A stretch of 64,000 bases of DNA from Balanoglossus misakiensis (taxonomy: Eukaryota; Animalia; Hemichordata): assembly GCA_040954595.2 (NCBI GenBank), contig CM082576.2:9117129-9181128 (forward strand), read 5' to 3'. The notes under the pieces were generated by a model, which was not told where the DNA came from, ran no database searches, and saw only the letters and a program-made list of their open reading frames with translations. The translations under genes and the position numbers were made by a program. Positions 12,762 to 27,700 of the stretch are shown in pieces (positions within the stretch are counted from its first letter, which is position 1; every line of letters begins with the position of its first letter).

Positions 12762-15700
12762 ATGGCTGCCCTGCGCGGCGACTCAAGGCGGCCTGCTTTT
12801 TTGCTGAGGAGAGTACTGTTCGTGTCGCTGATGTTGTCTCTCACCGCGGTGATCAACCACATCAGTCAGAGTAAGTATACGTGTGTAACCACATACTCTT
12901 ATCCAGACAATCTGTATATCATCCCATGCATGTACATTACACAGCAATTAATGACGACAGACGCACAAAGTTACGGCCCCTTGAACGCACGCACGAACTC
13001 GGTACCTCGATCACGTATTGTCTTCCCAAACGTCTATTTGGTTGTGTTTTTAAATATTTTCCCCACTTGGTTCGATTCGGGCATTGCGTAGTTGTAAGTC
13101 GTATAGCTGCTACAAGTACAACCCATTGTAGAAACCGTCAAAGAAATTCTTTCGACTATTTGTGGCGATTATTATTGTAATTGTATGCAGTTTATTGATT
13201 ACGGCACCCATACAGTTGTCGTAGAGCGTACAGAGTGTGTTTTACTCTTAATTTTCGGCGTGTGACTTGCAAGCGTCCCTTGTGAAATTGACCGCAAAAA
13301 AGCGCGTAACTACAACCTGTATTTCGTAGGTCGACTCGATCTTAAACTACCTGTAATAAACCAGCACATTTTGTCCAGTGAGTCTGGACCGCGCTCCCGA
13401 AGCAATGCGATCCCTTTATGTTTCTGCCCCCAGCTTAAAAAAATTAACATGACACCGTGTGTACAACACTACACCAATCTATTGCCTTTTATCTTTTTTT
13501 AAATCGATACCTATAAATAGACCACGGCAGCGAGGAAGTCGACAAGACCGCCGCTGAAATTCGGCAATCGCCGATTTCGTCAAAACAAAATGGAGTTTTA
13601 CTCAGAAGAATGTTGTCGGAGGGAGAAGAGGAAAGCGAGGGAAACGTGACCGATTCTGACAAAAATGACACCGATGACTCGCCGTATTGTATCCCACCAA
13701 GTAAGTGGTTTTCTAGTGGAGTTCTCCCATCCATGATTTATGAGTCGCGGATGCAGTGTCGAATTATTTAACTTAAAGGAATAACAGACATAAAATTTTC
13801 AATCAGGTCAGGCGCAGGGCCCTATTCTGCCTGCGTTCGGGAGTCGGTGGCGATGTGCGGGGTTGCCATGGTAACGCACCGTCAACTAGCGCTCAGTTTG
13901 TCGGGAGAGTTCACCACGCTCCGAGCTGAGAGTTCGCGTGTCCTCATTTGTTGCGGGATCAGTAATACCAAGTCTAGAATCCAGACTCGTGTGTTTTAAC
14001 TTTAGCGAAAAAAACAACACATATGCGTCTGAATTCTAGACTAAGTAATACCGAGCGCTGATTTTCTGTCAAAGTATGCATTTTAACGTAAAGCGCATCC
14101 CGATTTGTCTGCATTGCGGACATCGGTCAGCTCACAAGCAGCGCGGAGAGAACATGTCTTATCGTTCGTTTTAACGGACCAGCCTTGATCACAATTTAAT
14201 GTGGTATAATTTTTTAAATTGAGGAAATGCAGTAAGTCGGTCGGGATAATGACATTGATAACTGTGAAAGTGTTGAATGTTCTGTCCATAATCTGGCAAA
14301 ATAATTATCAGATGACAAATATGTTCGGACCGACATTTGCTTTTACACGTTTCGGTGGTGTAATTCTCATAAGAGGTGCCCAAGCCTGACGTTGTCAAAT
14401 CAGGAGACTGAACATTGTAAACTAATTATATAAATATGTAATGAAGAAATGCGGGGGATTTGTGTGAAATTTGAAACGAACTCGATGGCAGAGCAAACAA
14501 AAATCTCGATAGAATCATGAGAATAGGTCGAAATTATTGTGAATATCCTCGACATTAATATCCGGGGCGGTTTGGCGAGATTTGATTTACGTCTCCCGCG
14601 CGAACGACAGTTTGCTCCCAATAAACCTATCCACGACGTCATAAGTTCGATCACATGATATTCTGTAATAGCTGCTGTCGCCATCAATACTACAATGTGT
14701 ACGATGAAATCGCAGCTCTCGAAAATAAAATGCCTGTCTGGGTTCGTGGCCTTCGACGATAATTCTCATGAACCTGACGACCTGGTATTAACTTTCAAAC
14801 GTGCGCACGGAGAGACGGTTGGAATTCCGAACGTGAACATATATGGATGTGCGACACATTACCTCTGAGCAGTTTCAACTCAACAAATGATGATGCTAGC
14901 TCAAACAGCGACAGTATTTTACTCTTCGGTTTCGACCCTAAAGTACGTTGTACGTCGTTGGACTTAATATGGCAGCTGTAATAGCTGTGTGATTTCCTGT
15001 TCTTATTCTCGCCACCGAAAAGCTCTCCCAAGATGCCAACGCGAATAACAATTTACCTCTTCGAAACCATTCGTGCGTATTCGCGATAAAACATTATATA
15101 AATATTAACACTTATTACTTTAAAACACCGTCTGGCGTTCTGTCGATAACGCTTCCTCGATTCACACTGAACATGTCCGCCGACGGAGGCCTGGTCGGGG
15201 TTGTACCGGCGACTTATGGATGGAAATCACGCCGGTGTTGTACAAAAAAAAGTGGCAGCTCTTGGGGATGTAACTCTCACACAAATTTTATTTCTTCGAA
15301 ATACCGACAAAAAAGACCAGAAAAAATCAAAATATATGACCATAGATCAATCAATGGGAAACAAGGTCAGATTCAATAAATCTAACATGTAGTTTTAATG
15401 CGGCTGAGTTAATAGTTCAAAAAATTTAAACAATGTCCACAAAATCGGTGAGTGCTAATCATTTCAGTGACGGGTGGATGAAAACGGAAGTCTTTGAGAA
15501 TCTTGCGATGTGCAAAGTCATTTAACTCAATTGAATTTTCTACGACATCGTGGCAGCGCTTAACGGCTAATCCCCGGAGTAAGGTGAAGTGTAGGCTGTC
15601 TGCTCGGGGGGGGGGGAGCCGTGACGGATGACGGGAGCTCGGTTGAAAAGAACATTAAACCCAAGGGAAGGCTTGGTTTGACCTCTGACTCTTTCGTCGA

Positions 15701-18700
15701 CATGATAATAGTCTGCTCACAAAATGAGGAAATTGGTTCTTTCAGACTTGTGTTGGGGGAAGTAAGTCATGAAGTGTATTTATCACAGCTACATTAAAAG
15801 CATCCTCTGCTTTTAAAAAAACATTTGAGAGAGGAGAAGCGAAACACTCGGTATACAGCCATGGCGGTTGCTACTTACATCTCAATGTTATCCAAACAGA
15901 CATCATTCTATGTTCAACGTGACCTTTAAAAATGGCCTCCGTTTGAAAGTCAACTGCGGAAATGGTTCCATCACGTGTGGGACTCCATATCCAGGTGACC
16001 ATGTTAAATCCAGTAGTCATAGACGTCTGGATGTAAGTCACCCTTGGAAGCAGGAAACAGTAGGTGGGATGGGGGTTAGGGGCACGACCAGGACAAGCAA
16101 ATTTACAGAAATATCTACATGTAACGGTGGTTACTCAAAAGTAGACTTCTTTTCGGCATGGCTGTGAAAAATAAATATTCTTTACGCTAACGGTAAACTG
16201 GGGGAGGAGATACAAGTATAACGATCAGGTTTGCGGAAATGTGTAGCCATGGTTGTTTTCGAGTGGAGACGTCCGTGAGAAGGGGGCGGTTTCTCTCACG
16301 TGTGTCCATGTTCAATAATATACACTGCAATGTACAGGTTTGACCAGTCGCTAAAAAATTCGCCAGACGCAAAGAATTGCGACTTAAAAGGTTTAAAATC
16401 GTACGCATGTCATTCTTGGCCTTCCGTTGACGTCACGACTGGTCTATTTTTGCTCGAATTTACGCAACGCTCTGAAAGGGACTGAGGGGGCGTCAAGTTT
16501 ATATAGTTATTAATAATTATAGTGTACATGGAGTAGGTTGTGTGGATGACGATTTATTTCAAGGACCCCATCCAAGAGACCGACTGCTGTACATTTGAAA
16601 AACGATAAACTCAAATCCAATTACAAGTGAAAACAGTTCAAGCCGCCCACTGGGCACTTGTAAAGGTCGTGCCATTGCCCGTTGTTATCGTTTTTGCGCA
16701 TGAATAACGCTTTCAGATTCAAGTATTTGGTTGTCCATGTTCGCTCAGGGTGACGTTTAAGCTTATCGATCATGCGCAAGATACCGGTGTTATCGCATCT
16801 ACATCAGTGGCCTACATCAGTGTTAATATACATTCAATATGTGCAACATCAGCTGTCCAACATTTTGTTATAATAGCTTTGTCAGTCGATTTGCAGTAAA
16901 ATTGCACATATTACCCCCTCCTCCTGATAGTTTCATACAGTGCTAATACCTTGAGGCTTGAAATCGTTTAAATTTTGGTTGTAGTCTGACTTATAGGCTA
17001 CACCGACCCGCGAATTCGTGCCCCACGCCTCAGCCTTTCTTCATACCTAAACCGATCGCGAGTACATGAAACACCTGAGTAGCCCGCCGTATCGCATTAC
17101 CGCATCGGATTACCACGAAATACGTCATTTCACGTATACTAAACTATATTTATTGAAACTGGACCAAAATGAAGCTGGAGCAAGAAAGTCGGTCGATTCA
17201 GGTCAGTAAGTCTAGTCTGGTAGCTGAGCGTAATATGAACGCCTGGCTTGGGTTTTACAGGGGCACGGTTTTCTATTTTGATGGGAATTTCATTCCAGGG
17301 GTCGTCATTGTTGACCTACAGATTGAAACTTGTTGCCTTGTCTGTTAATAAACTAAAGGATTCAGTTGCACCGTGCTGTACATCTATATTGTTACCAACT
17401 TTTTAATATGCGTGTGAGGTACATGTACTTTACGTGAACGTAGGCATGAGACCCCCCCCCCCCCCGGTCATCGAAAGAGGGCGACTTGTGCCTTTATGGA
17501 CGAATAATCAGGACATAATTATCACGATTTATCAACACCAGGACCGACCCTGTTTGTATTCTGGGTCAAGAAAACTGTGATATCAGAGACAAATAGCTTA
17601 GTCATGGTACAAGTTGGTTTGGTTTAGGGTGGTATGCTGGTTGTGGGGTGGGGTGGTGGGCCAATACTAGTAACGAAATGGGCGATCTACAAATTTAAGG
17701 CACAGACAAGAACAAGCGATCAAGTGTAGCCAGACTTTCGTCTCGCGACTTTCAAACTCAACTATTCGTCCCAGACACTGTAGACTTTCAGTTCTGCTCG
17801 TAACTATATAGGCGTTGAACACGCATACTCAGCATTTTTCCGATTCCTTGGTCGCTTGTTATAATTCAAGGTCATGTTCTGATACATGGGTTTCGGCAGC
17901 CACCATGATTTCATATCAAAATGCGCCTGAAGAGGCATGTCACGTGTGCGAGAGGGATTGTCATCTTGGAATTTTACTCACAGCAAGACGCATGCATGAT
18001 ATTATATTCATTAGCCGAAATAAGAATCGGCTTCAATCAAAATATAAACATTTCAAAGCAACCAGTTTTATGATGTCGACAACGTCACCAATCCAGCAAA
18101 ATAAAAAAGACGAAAACGCTACACGTGATGGTATTACAAAATTCAGTGTGGTTAATAATACTGGCTGTTTGCTTGTAATTTGTTACACAAATCACTGCTT
18201 CAGTCGTCTCTGGAATCCAACTTTATCGACATTACTTCGTGACGCCCCCCGTATTTCATATTTTATGAGTCGACGCGTTGTTCGAATTAAATAACCTATT
18301 CTGAGACACGTGACCTCGTCAGGTCACAAACGTAATGGGTAATTATGACCCCCCCCCCCCGATGAATGAGTTATAATCTCAGGATAAGCACAATAAACGG
18401 GGGATGGACAGAGAGTGGGGTAGGGGCGGCCCGTGAGAAAGAGAGAGAAAGAGAGAGAGAGAACTTGATATTATCTGTGCTACTGATGACTTAGATCACT
18501 CAGAATGTTTTGCGACATCCCGTCACGTAAACGAAAAGCCGCAGGTTTGCGTTTCCACTTTATACGTCCTCACTTGCTAGTATTTCACAACCCTCTTATG
18601 AATCACGGCAAATTGAATGCATATGTTTTAACCATCAGTTTTACGAGAATTGTCATGAGGGAGGACACGGCCTCAATTTCAAGTGACGTTGCCCGGCGTT

Positions 18701-21700
18701 GCGTGGTTCAAAGCATGTTTCCGAGTAAAAGCTATTGCACGTCGCTCGTCCCGATATGCAATTACGTAGACCCGGTAATTTATTCAATCGTGGCCGGTCA
18801 CAGACAGACATCGCCGACTAAGTATTAGAGGTTGCCGGAGTTCACCACTGTCGAGGTCCGAGCCCGTGTTGTTTTCAGTCAAAAGATAACGGGCTATTAA
18901 CGTAACATCCTCACTAGCCCTAATTTAGAGCGCGCTTTCTTGTCGGTAGCTGACGTCTGTCCGTATGTTTTGGGGGGTCAGGACCCGCGGAAAATCATCC
19001 CTCATGCAATTAATCTGATCTTCGTCATAGAAAGTAGATATTTCGTAGTCGTCATCCGGTTCACACGCAAGTCGTATCTCTCCTTCAGGGTTCTAATGCG
19101 TGGGTACATTGACGGAATATGACGAACCCCGTATGCCAAAGAGTACTTCTGCTACGATCAATGCGCAAATGTCAATTTGTTTGTTACCATCTACTAAAAT
19201 GTCACGCATTCATGTGCGTACTGAATTTTCTCAAAGATGCCTGTAAGTGCGCAGGTATTATCCATTCAAGCGGTGCTTGGCATTTCTCTGTTATTCACTT
19301 TACCGTCGCAAATTGATTTCTTACTGACTGGCGAAAATATTTGTGTTCCACGACGACAAAGATCATTATCTTACGTCCAGGTTATTCTTTTCGACATTTT
19401 GAGTGAAACTATATGGTAGCGTGTTTGAATATGATGGAAACGTATGAATCGGAAGTACATGAGAGACCGTCAACGTGCATTGTTGTTGAAGGGCATACAT
19501 GTATACAGTGCATGCCAGCCGATGCCGGAGCCTTGGTTACCAGGACAACGATAGCTGAATGTGGCGCGGGTGCAGCATTTTGCATCATAGCATTATTTGT
19601 TCACCAGGGAAGTGATGCACACTGGGAAGCCTTGTTCGATGAGTCACCGCGCGCGTCCTTGCACTGATTTGTGTTTCATTTTCAGATCCGCGCAGAACCT
19701 TAATTTTCAATGTTTAGCACTGTCCTCGCAAGTTTCAAATTTATTTCTGCGAAATATACTTTTGATATTTATAAAATATGAATCGGCGAATTCTGTAAAG
19801 TACCGGTCAATTACAGTCATATATAGTGAACATTTTGAAATGAACATTAAAACACTGGCGGAGTCAGTATGGAATGGATTGGAAACTCTTGAAGAAAACA
19901 CCCGAATGAATGACAGGGTCCATAGGTTTCCCGTGGGTATTCGTTGCAGACGTGCATGTGGTCGATAAACTTCCTCCGATCGATTTTTTTCCTCTCTCTT
20001 CCGGGAGAGAAACTTGTTTGGACTTTCAGCACGCGTTCTGAGATAAAGCTTCTCAATTTAAACACAAGTTGCAATTGCAGCTCAGAATCGGCTGTAAAGA
20101 CAAAAAGTCGCGCATTTATATTGGATACGTGTTCGGAATACACCCGGGCATGCGGCGAGCGCAAGTAAACCGGGGTCACAGTTTCAGGGCGCGACCCTTT
20201 TAAAGAATTTCCCATTTGTGCGAATCACGAATTGCCGAGAGTCCGAAGGCGTATTAAATCTTGTTTCGGTTTCACGCCGATAAGGAGATGATAACGAAAT
20301 TATTGGACACGTTTGAAAGACGCCGGGGCAAAAAAGAGCGGGGGATGTGTGGGTTGGCATGATGGTCGTGCACGGCGAAAGCCTAGCGGCAAATGTACGT
20401 AAGAGTATAGATGCTGTATTTCAGGTGAAGGTTTGAATATACGCAGTGAACTCGCCCAAAGGCGAGCAAAGCGGAATGATACGCATCACTTCGTCTCCAG
20501 ATAATATTCGGTCGCCATGGAAACGAGTCGTGGCCGTCAGTTCGGCGTTTAGGTTAGGCAAATGCGGCGCGCGACCGATCCTTATCGCGCCAGCGTGCGC
20601 AAACCGTTTACAGATCTGGGGCAGGAGGAGGGCCCGCTTGATTGTCAAGTTGCCACACAGATGCGGGATAATCTTGTTGATCACTCGATTACCCAAATGT
20701 AAATAGCGATGTGAAAATATTGAGTCCCCAGTTGAAGTGCAACGCGCTGAGATGAACTGATTGACAACGACTTACTGAAATGTTACGATCATTCGAAAGA
20801 TAAGATATTATTAGCAACTTAGGTCAGAAAATTACATTTTTCGTAATTCATCTCCTGCCTGCTGTGTATCCATAGCCCTGCTTCTCCCCCGGCTGTTTGC
20901 CCCCCCCTCCCCCACTCCCCAAAACAACCACAGGAGAGAGTGGCGGCGGAGCTGCGAATCCGCAGCAACGATCCAGCCGACCCTTGACATTACGCAGTGC
21001 CGACGAGCCCCCTCCCACACCCAAATGAAGCCATTTGCCCCAAGAATCAATATTGCGCATAAACGTGGAACAAACGAACATACTTTGTCCCAGTTCCCTC
21101 CCACACACTACAGAAGAAAAAATGATAACTGCGCTGCATATTGCCCGTGTGTGCGAAATGCTTGGTTGCATCCTCCTGAATATTTTAAATCTCCATTTCC
21201 GGTTGACTGGCTGACATTTCTGATTTCAGACAAGTAGGTTCTAATGATGACTGTGCCAAGTGTAAAGTGCACGCAAGTCACTTTCAGATGCTGTTTTATA
21301 GGCCAACTGAATTGGGCCGTAGTTTTTATCATGAGTATAATAATATTAGTAGCAATATCAGTTATGTGACACCTTCTTGAAGAAACCAATCTATTCGTCT
21401 ATAATTATAGCTATCAGGAAAAAACTCGTCACTTGGTTACCGCAATTTCTCTTTCTTATCACTCGCAAGTTTATTAATTACATCCCTGAGTTTGATATGG
21501 GATATTTTCAGTACCTCTGCAGTGCTTTGACAGACAAGAAATAGTCTAGAACTTCACTCGGGCTTCCACGGGCGTCTTGAATTCTTTGTTCTTTTTACGG
21601 AGAGGTTTGTTTGATAGAACCATTGCTAGAAACTACTGCTGTAAGATTTGTCACATTAGCTCCCACCGAGTCCGCCTACGCCAGCAACCCTATTATCTGC

Positions 21701-24700
21701 GTATCGAAGGATACTTGGATACCTCTGAAATATCCAAGATGCATTGATGAGCAGTCAACGAAGGATTTCGCTCCGTGACATGAGGAAAACCAAACAGATT
21801 TAACTGGAAAAAAACGGGCAGTCAAATGTGGAGATAGACTAGCATCACTGATATGAATAACACTGAAAATGGAGTAATTTTTCATTGTTTATCCCTGGAA
21901 ATTGGTCAGAGGAGACAACACGATGCGGTAGTATTTGTTGCGATGACAACACGGCTCCGTGCTCTCAGATTCGACTTCGCGTCTTTTAAAGGACAAAGCC
22001 TAAAACGTTACTCTCATCTATCCGCGCATCATCCATCAAATAATGTTCACGTTTCTCTGTCATAATAGTAATTTGGAAGATATGAAATGTGCATATGTCG
22101 GATTTAAGTGGCCAGCGGTGCGTGAAATCTCGTCACCACGGTCGCAGAGCGAGTGTTACAGGGCCATTAGCGTGCGCAGACTGTCAATTTCAACGACTGA
22201 GTGTGCAGATAGAAATCTCCGACATTCTGGGTCCCCTGGGGGGAAAATGTTTGTCCCGGTGTGAACTGCAGAACTAATTGAAACTGGCGTAGTGGTATAC
22301 CGCGCGCAGTCACGATCTGATAGTATTTTCCAAGAAACCATGTCAATGTGAACTGTGTACATTTGTTCAAGGCTCGAGGGTTAATTTGCACATTTACGGA
22401 GGTTGCATAAACTGTGATCGGACAAGCAAAGAATGGGCTATTGAATTTAGAAGTGCCTTTTTACTGCATTTCCTGTTATGTAGTCAATCTTTGCAACGTT
22501 TATATCAATACGCTGCCTGAAGTACGTGTGTGTGGGTGGGTGGGTATGTATGTATGTATGTATGTATGGGGAGATTTCCCGTTGATATGATGTTATTGCA
22601 ATTACTGAAACAACAGTCTCAATCTGCCTAGTTTCATTTGTTACAGATTAGCTGCAGTCATTTCCAAAGATCATTTTTCTAAAATTTTGCAATCGTACGC
22701 TATTTCAAACGTTCACCAGAAACGAAGGAAATCGGGTGTGCCTCGATGAAATTATGGAATTGATGAGACAGTTCCCGCCCCAATGTGGCGCGAGATTCTA
22801 GAGAGAGACGTGGAGCTTGATTGATAGTATCCTGCCATGAAAGAAACGATACAAAGATTTGCGTTTCTTCTCTAATCCATCTGGTTTTAAGTCGAGGTAT
22901 AGAAATCTACTCTCGGCCTTGACATTTTCCTGTATCACTGGAAGAATCGTTTGAATAGGAGTTCCACGTTTGGTTATCTTTTATCAACATTCCCCATAGC
23001 TCGCCGAGTCATATAATCTATTTTCATTAGGGTTTCGAGACCAGAGGGGTCTCGAAACCCTCTTGAAATCGTGTTGTTTTTTATTATTATTATTCTTCTT
23101 CCCACTTTTAAAAACAGCCGCTATTCGAAGACCGTTGCACCCAATAACTTGAAATTTGGCTCATAGGTAAAACTCAAAGCAAGTAATTTTATGATCATGT
23201 CACTATGGCAACAGGTCACATGACCTGGCAGCCATCTTGGATTTAAACTTTTAAATTGGTCTAATTTGCATAAAGAATGAAGAATCCAAATTCTGTTCAG
23301 AAACTTTGTGGACCATATGGCCAGGGTCCTATATGCCAAATTTCAATGTCTAAGTCCTTGCCGATTTTGAGGAGATGATTTTTAAAGCATTATTTTTCAC
23401 ATTTTCCATGACCATTGGACCCAGCCATTGGCCTATACTTTCCATGGTTAAGCAATGGCCCCCTAGGATTTTAGATTTATGCCCAATATCTCAACATCCG
23501 CTGGGCTGATCAGCTTCAAATTTTGTGTGCAGCTAGCCTACCTTCCGACAATCATTTCCAACTGGAAAAAATAGTATGGAAAATCGACCTATTTTTTTAG
23601 ATTAATTTTTTTATGAAATCTATACCTATACTTATTCCACTATACTTAAGCTATGGCCACATAGTTTTGTAGAATTCTGGTCAGTGCAATAGTCTGCAGC
23701 ATAGGACCAAAATAAGAAGCCAAATTTAAGGCTCACCTGTGACACCTGCTCAACTCATTAATTATGTGCATACCTAATTCCAGGCAAACCAATAGGGCTA
23801 CAGGTCTGGTTTTTGTCGGACATGGACCAGTATGGGGTCAAATTTTTTCCTCAAATTTTGGGTGACCTTGGGTGACCTTTGACCTACTTTCGCATATCTC
23901 AGCATCCAGAGCAGGTACAGCTCAGGTGTTTGGGTGGATGGGACCAAAATAAGAAGCCAAATTTAAGGCTCACCTGTGACACCTGCTCAACTCATTAATT
24001 ATGTGCATACCTAATTCCAGGCAAACCAATAGGGCAACAGGTCTGGTTTTTGTCGGACATGGACCAGTATGGGGTCAAATTTTTTCCCCAAATTTTGGGT
24101 GACCTTGGGTGACCTTTGACCTACTTTCACATATCTCGGCATCCAGAGCAGGTACAGTTTAGGTGTTTGGGTGGACGGGACCAAAATAAGAAGCCAAATT
24201 TTAGAGTCACCTGTGACACCTGCTCAACTCATTAATTATGTGCATATCTAATTCCAGGCAAACCAATAGGGCAACAGGTCTGGTTTTTGTCGGACATGGA
24301 CCAGTATGGGGTCAAATTTTTTCCCCAAATTTTGGGTGACCTTGGGTGACCTTTGACCTACTTTCACATATCTCGGCATCCAGAGCAGGTACAGTTTAGG
24401 TGTTTGGGTGGACGGGACCAAAATAAGAAGCCAAATTTTAGAGTCACCTGTGACACCTGCCTAACTCATTAATTATGTGCATACCTTATTCCAGGTAATA
24501 CAGTAGGGCTACAGGTCTGGTTTTTGTTTGACATGGACCAGTATAGCGTAAACATTTTCTGCTCATATTAAGCGTGACCTCACGTGACCTTTGACCTACT
24601 TTTCCACATCTCAGCATCCACAGCACATACACCCTTGGCATTTGGAGTGATAGAACAACTAATGCAGTAATTAAATATGCACAAATCTATCTCCAGGCGA

Positions 24701-27700
24701 ACCAATAGGGCTAGTAGTGTCTCGAAACCCGCTTATTGCTGTTCACAGCTATATTTGAGTACGAAATCAAACTGATTGTTAAGAAGCGAAACGAAAAGAA
24801 ACTTATTACTAAATTTTCTCAACGGTCGTCATTTTTTTCCTATTTTGTGAAACTAAGTCAGGTTTTGAAAGCGGTCTTGTGATTCGAGAATGAATGTACT
24901 GGAACACTTTTATTTACGTAGGTTACTCTCACAAAGCCTAAAACCATGAAATCCCGTTGTACGACCGGTTCGCAAATGTCTCGCATGCGTCCTTGACCTG
25001 GTTGTGTGACCCCCACCTTAAAAGCGAATATGCATATATCGGGGGCTATATTCCACGGCGAACCCAAGAGAAGTTAATCTGTTACCATGCCGACGTACTG
25101 TACTGTGACGACAAAATCTGATACCCCAATTAATGGTGGCTGTGGTATAATGCTCGCTGCCACGAACCAAGGTCGATCCCTTAAGTGAATTAATTTCGTC
25201 GATCGAATAGTAACACAGTACTTCTCGGTATACCTTTGCGGAAAGCTATTTGTATTGCTGCAGATACAAGCACTCGATTGCATCGATGACTCATTTCGCA
25301 TATGCGACCTCTTAATCTTTAAATTACTCTCATCTTCTATAGAGCTTGTCCCCTTTTATTGAAATTTATATCCCGTCACAGTATCCTCCGCTTTGCAAAA
25401 GTGTTAAGTTTGAATCATTGTATTTTTTTCTCCGTTAACATAATGCAGTTTTATAATACTACTACGCATTACGCCACTTACTGTGTACTGGTGTAGGTTT
25501 TAATAGCGGCGTTCTTGTCGCTTATATCGCCCACAGACTTAAATTTAGTAAGTCTATCAGATATGGCAGAAATAACTACGACAACTAATGTATTGACGTG
25601 CGCAGTGACGCACAGCGTGTTACATTTATACGGCGACCGGTCGACGGTCTACGTCGTTGTCCTTATCGGCGGCATTGAACTTAGCCTTCCACGGCGGACA
25701 TCTGACGCAGTAGATATCCGCGAATGTGAACAGGACAATGCCAGTTCAACGTCATTGTTGTTACGCGTGGGGAAAATGCAGGTGTAAGCTTTTTTGTGAC
25801 GATGAGCCCGTCTGGCGCGCACGCCAGAGGAATGCAATATTCGCTTCTGTAGAATCCCCCCGCATGCGAATAGGAAATCTGAGATCTATAGCAGATTGAA
25901 TTGCCAACCTTTTTCAGGGAGGACATCCTCCACGTGCTCACGTAGCCTAGCCGCGTGTCACGATAGTTGCAGTCCTAATACGCAATTTCCAAGTTACATG
26001 TGTACTTATGCGATAGCATGCTGGACCTCGGAGAATCTGTCAGATTGAATTTCAACCCTCAGAAACGAGATGATATTGCGGCAGTATGGCACCCATCGAT
26101 CCGTGAAATGCAGCGCGCCGACTGCTCCAAATCATTATCTATGTCAACCACGTCCAGTTTCTACCGGCTTTTATTTATAATTGATAAAGTCAACAGGGCA
26201 GATCTTCCAAGTTCTATAAGGGGAGAAAAAAAACGAAGACCCGTTGTCAGAAAAGATGTACACGCCATCAATCAATCACTCTTACATTTCCGGTTGAATG
26301 GTGAAATCTCTGACTTGGTTTATGAAGGATAATGGAATAAAATATTTAACATCGCCAGCAGAAACTTGTAATTCGTGTCTACTGGTAATTTCTTTGGGGA
26401 GATGATTTTCGTTGGCATTTTGTATGTGGTTAATAAAAACAACGTGTCACACACAATGGCTAAATTACTGTTTTGGACAAACTGTACATGCCTCTCAACT
26501 ACAGTGCTTAGTATGTTGGGGTTTTATGATTTATGATGTGCAGGGAATTTGAGTCCGGGGTTCAAAATCTGCGATATATATTACGGTAACCAGAGGAACG
26601 GCGACCAATGGAATAAATTGGATGTCATTGGTTAGTTTGCGCTGCAAGATTTACGGGTATTATTGGGGTCTGAAAGTGCGATCATAGTTAAAGTGGAACG
26701 ACACCCTCAATTTTGGGCTTCAAAGTACAAACCGGGTGTCAAAAACGGCAACGTTCCGATGGGTTAATTCACTTTCACTTCCTGCGCAAGCAGAAGACGC
26801 GCGTTGAAAATACTACAGTGACGTCAGCAACTTACACGTTCGACGTGTCATTTCCAATAAACAGACACATTTTGCGCGGATCTGACATGGCGAAATGTCA
26901 AGTTCATGATTTTAAAAACATATTCGGAAAATCGACGGGGATAAGTTTCTTTCAAAGGCAATGCTCTTCGTGTATTGTATTTGTCGATGCGTGCAGACAT
27001 AGACCCTGCAATGTCCATGATGCCATGCGTGTCGACGTTTATGAACAAACCGTAAGGCCTATACAAAGTTGTTCTAACTGCCGCTGATAATAATAAACGT
27101 ACCGTTTTAAATCCTTCCTGCACGTTTTTTGGTACACGTATTTGGGTTTAATTTCCATTTATTGACGATCGCATAGTTATCAAATGAAAGCAACTAAAAA
27201 GGGCAGTTTTAATACATTTCAAGAGACGAAACATGCATACAATAACTATAGTATTGGCTTCCATTATACTACGGACGTACTACACCTGGAGAGCAGGACG
27301 ATGCACCTGCGTTCTTTTCAACTCCAAAAAAGGTGACTAAGTATTTTTGTAAGAAAAGTGGTTCGAAAAGGTGACAACGAGGGAGAGACAACGAGGGAGG
27401 GTATTGTTTAATTGCAGCATTGTCTGTTTCACCATAGACTCTAGGGTCTATGGTTTCACTGAAACCACACCAAGTGTAAGCCTTGACAAACGGGACACAT
27501 CGGAGATCAGAACTGCATGAACTTTTGTCCTCTGTAAAATTCAGTCGCTTGGTCGTAGAAGGGAATCTCTGGTTCAAAATTGTAGCCTACTACCCGAGAA
27601 TATGTTGCCATGCTAACGTCGTCGGTCGCGTGAGTGCAGGCGTGTATAAGCATAAGCTCGCTCCAACGAGTTGCTGACGTCACTCACTTCCGGGTTCGCG

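Noticed and set aside
17815-18294. 159-aa ORF inside NCKX intron 2
   Set aside because: Non-ATG start, no domain resemblance, no supporting splice structure
23704-24651. Regularly spaced repeats considered as a CRISPR-like array
   Set aside because: Whole 237-bp units repeat with no unique spacers; eukaryotic context and no cas genes
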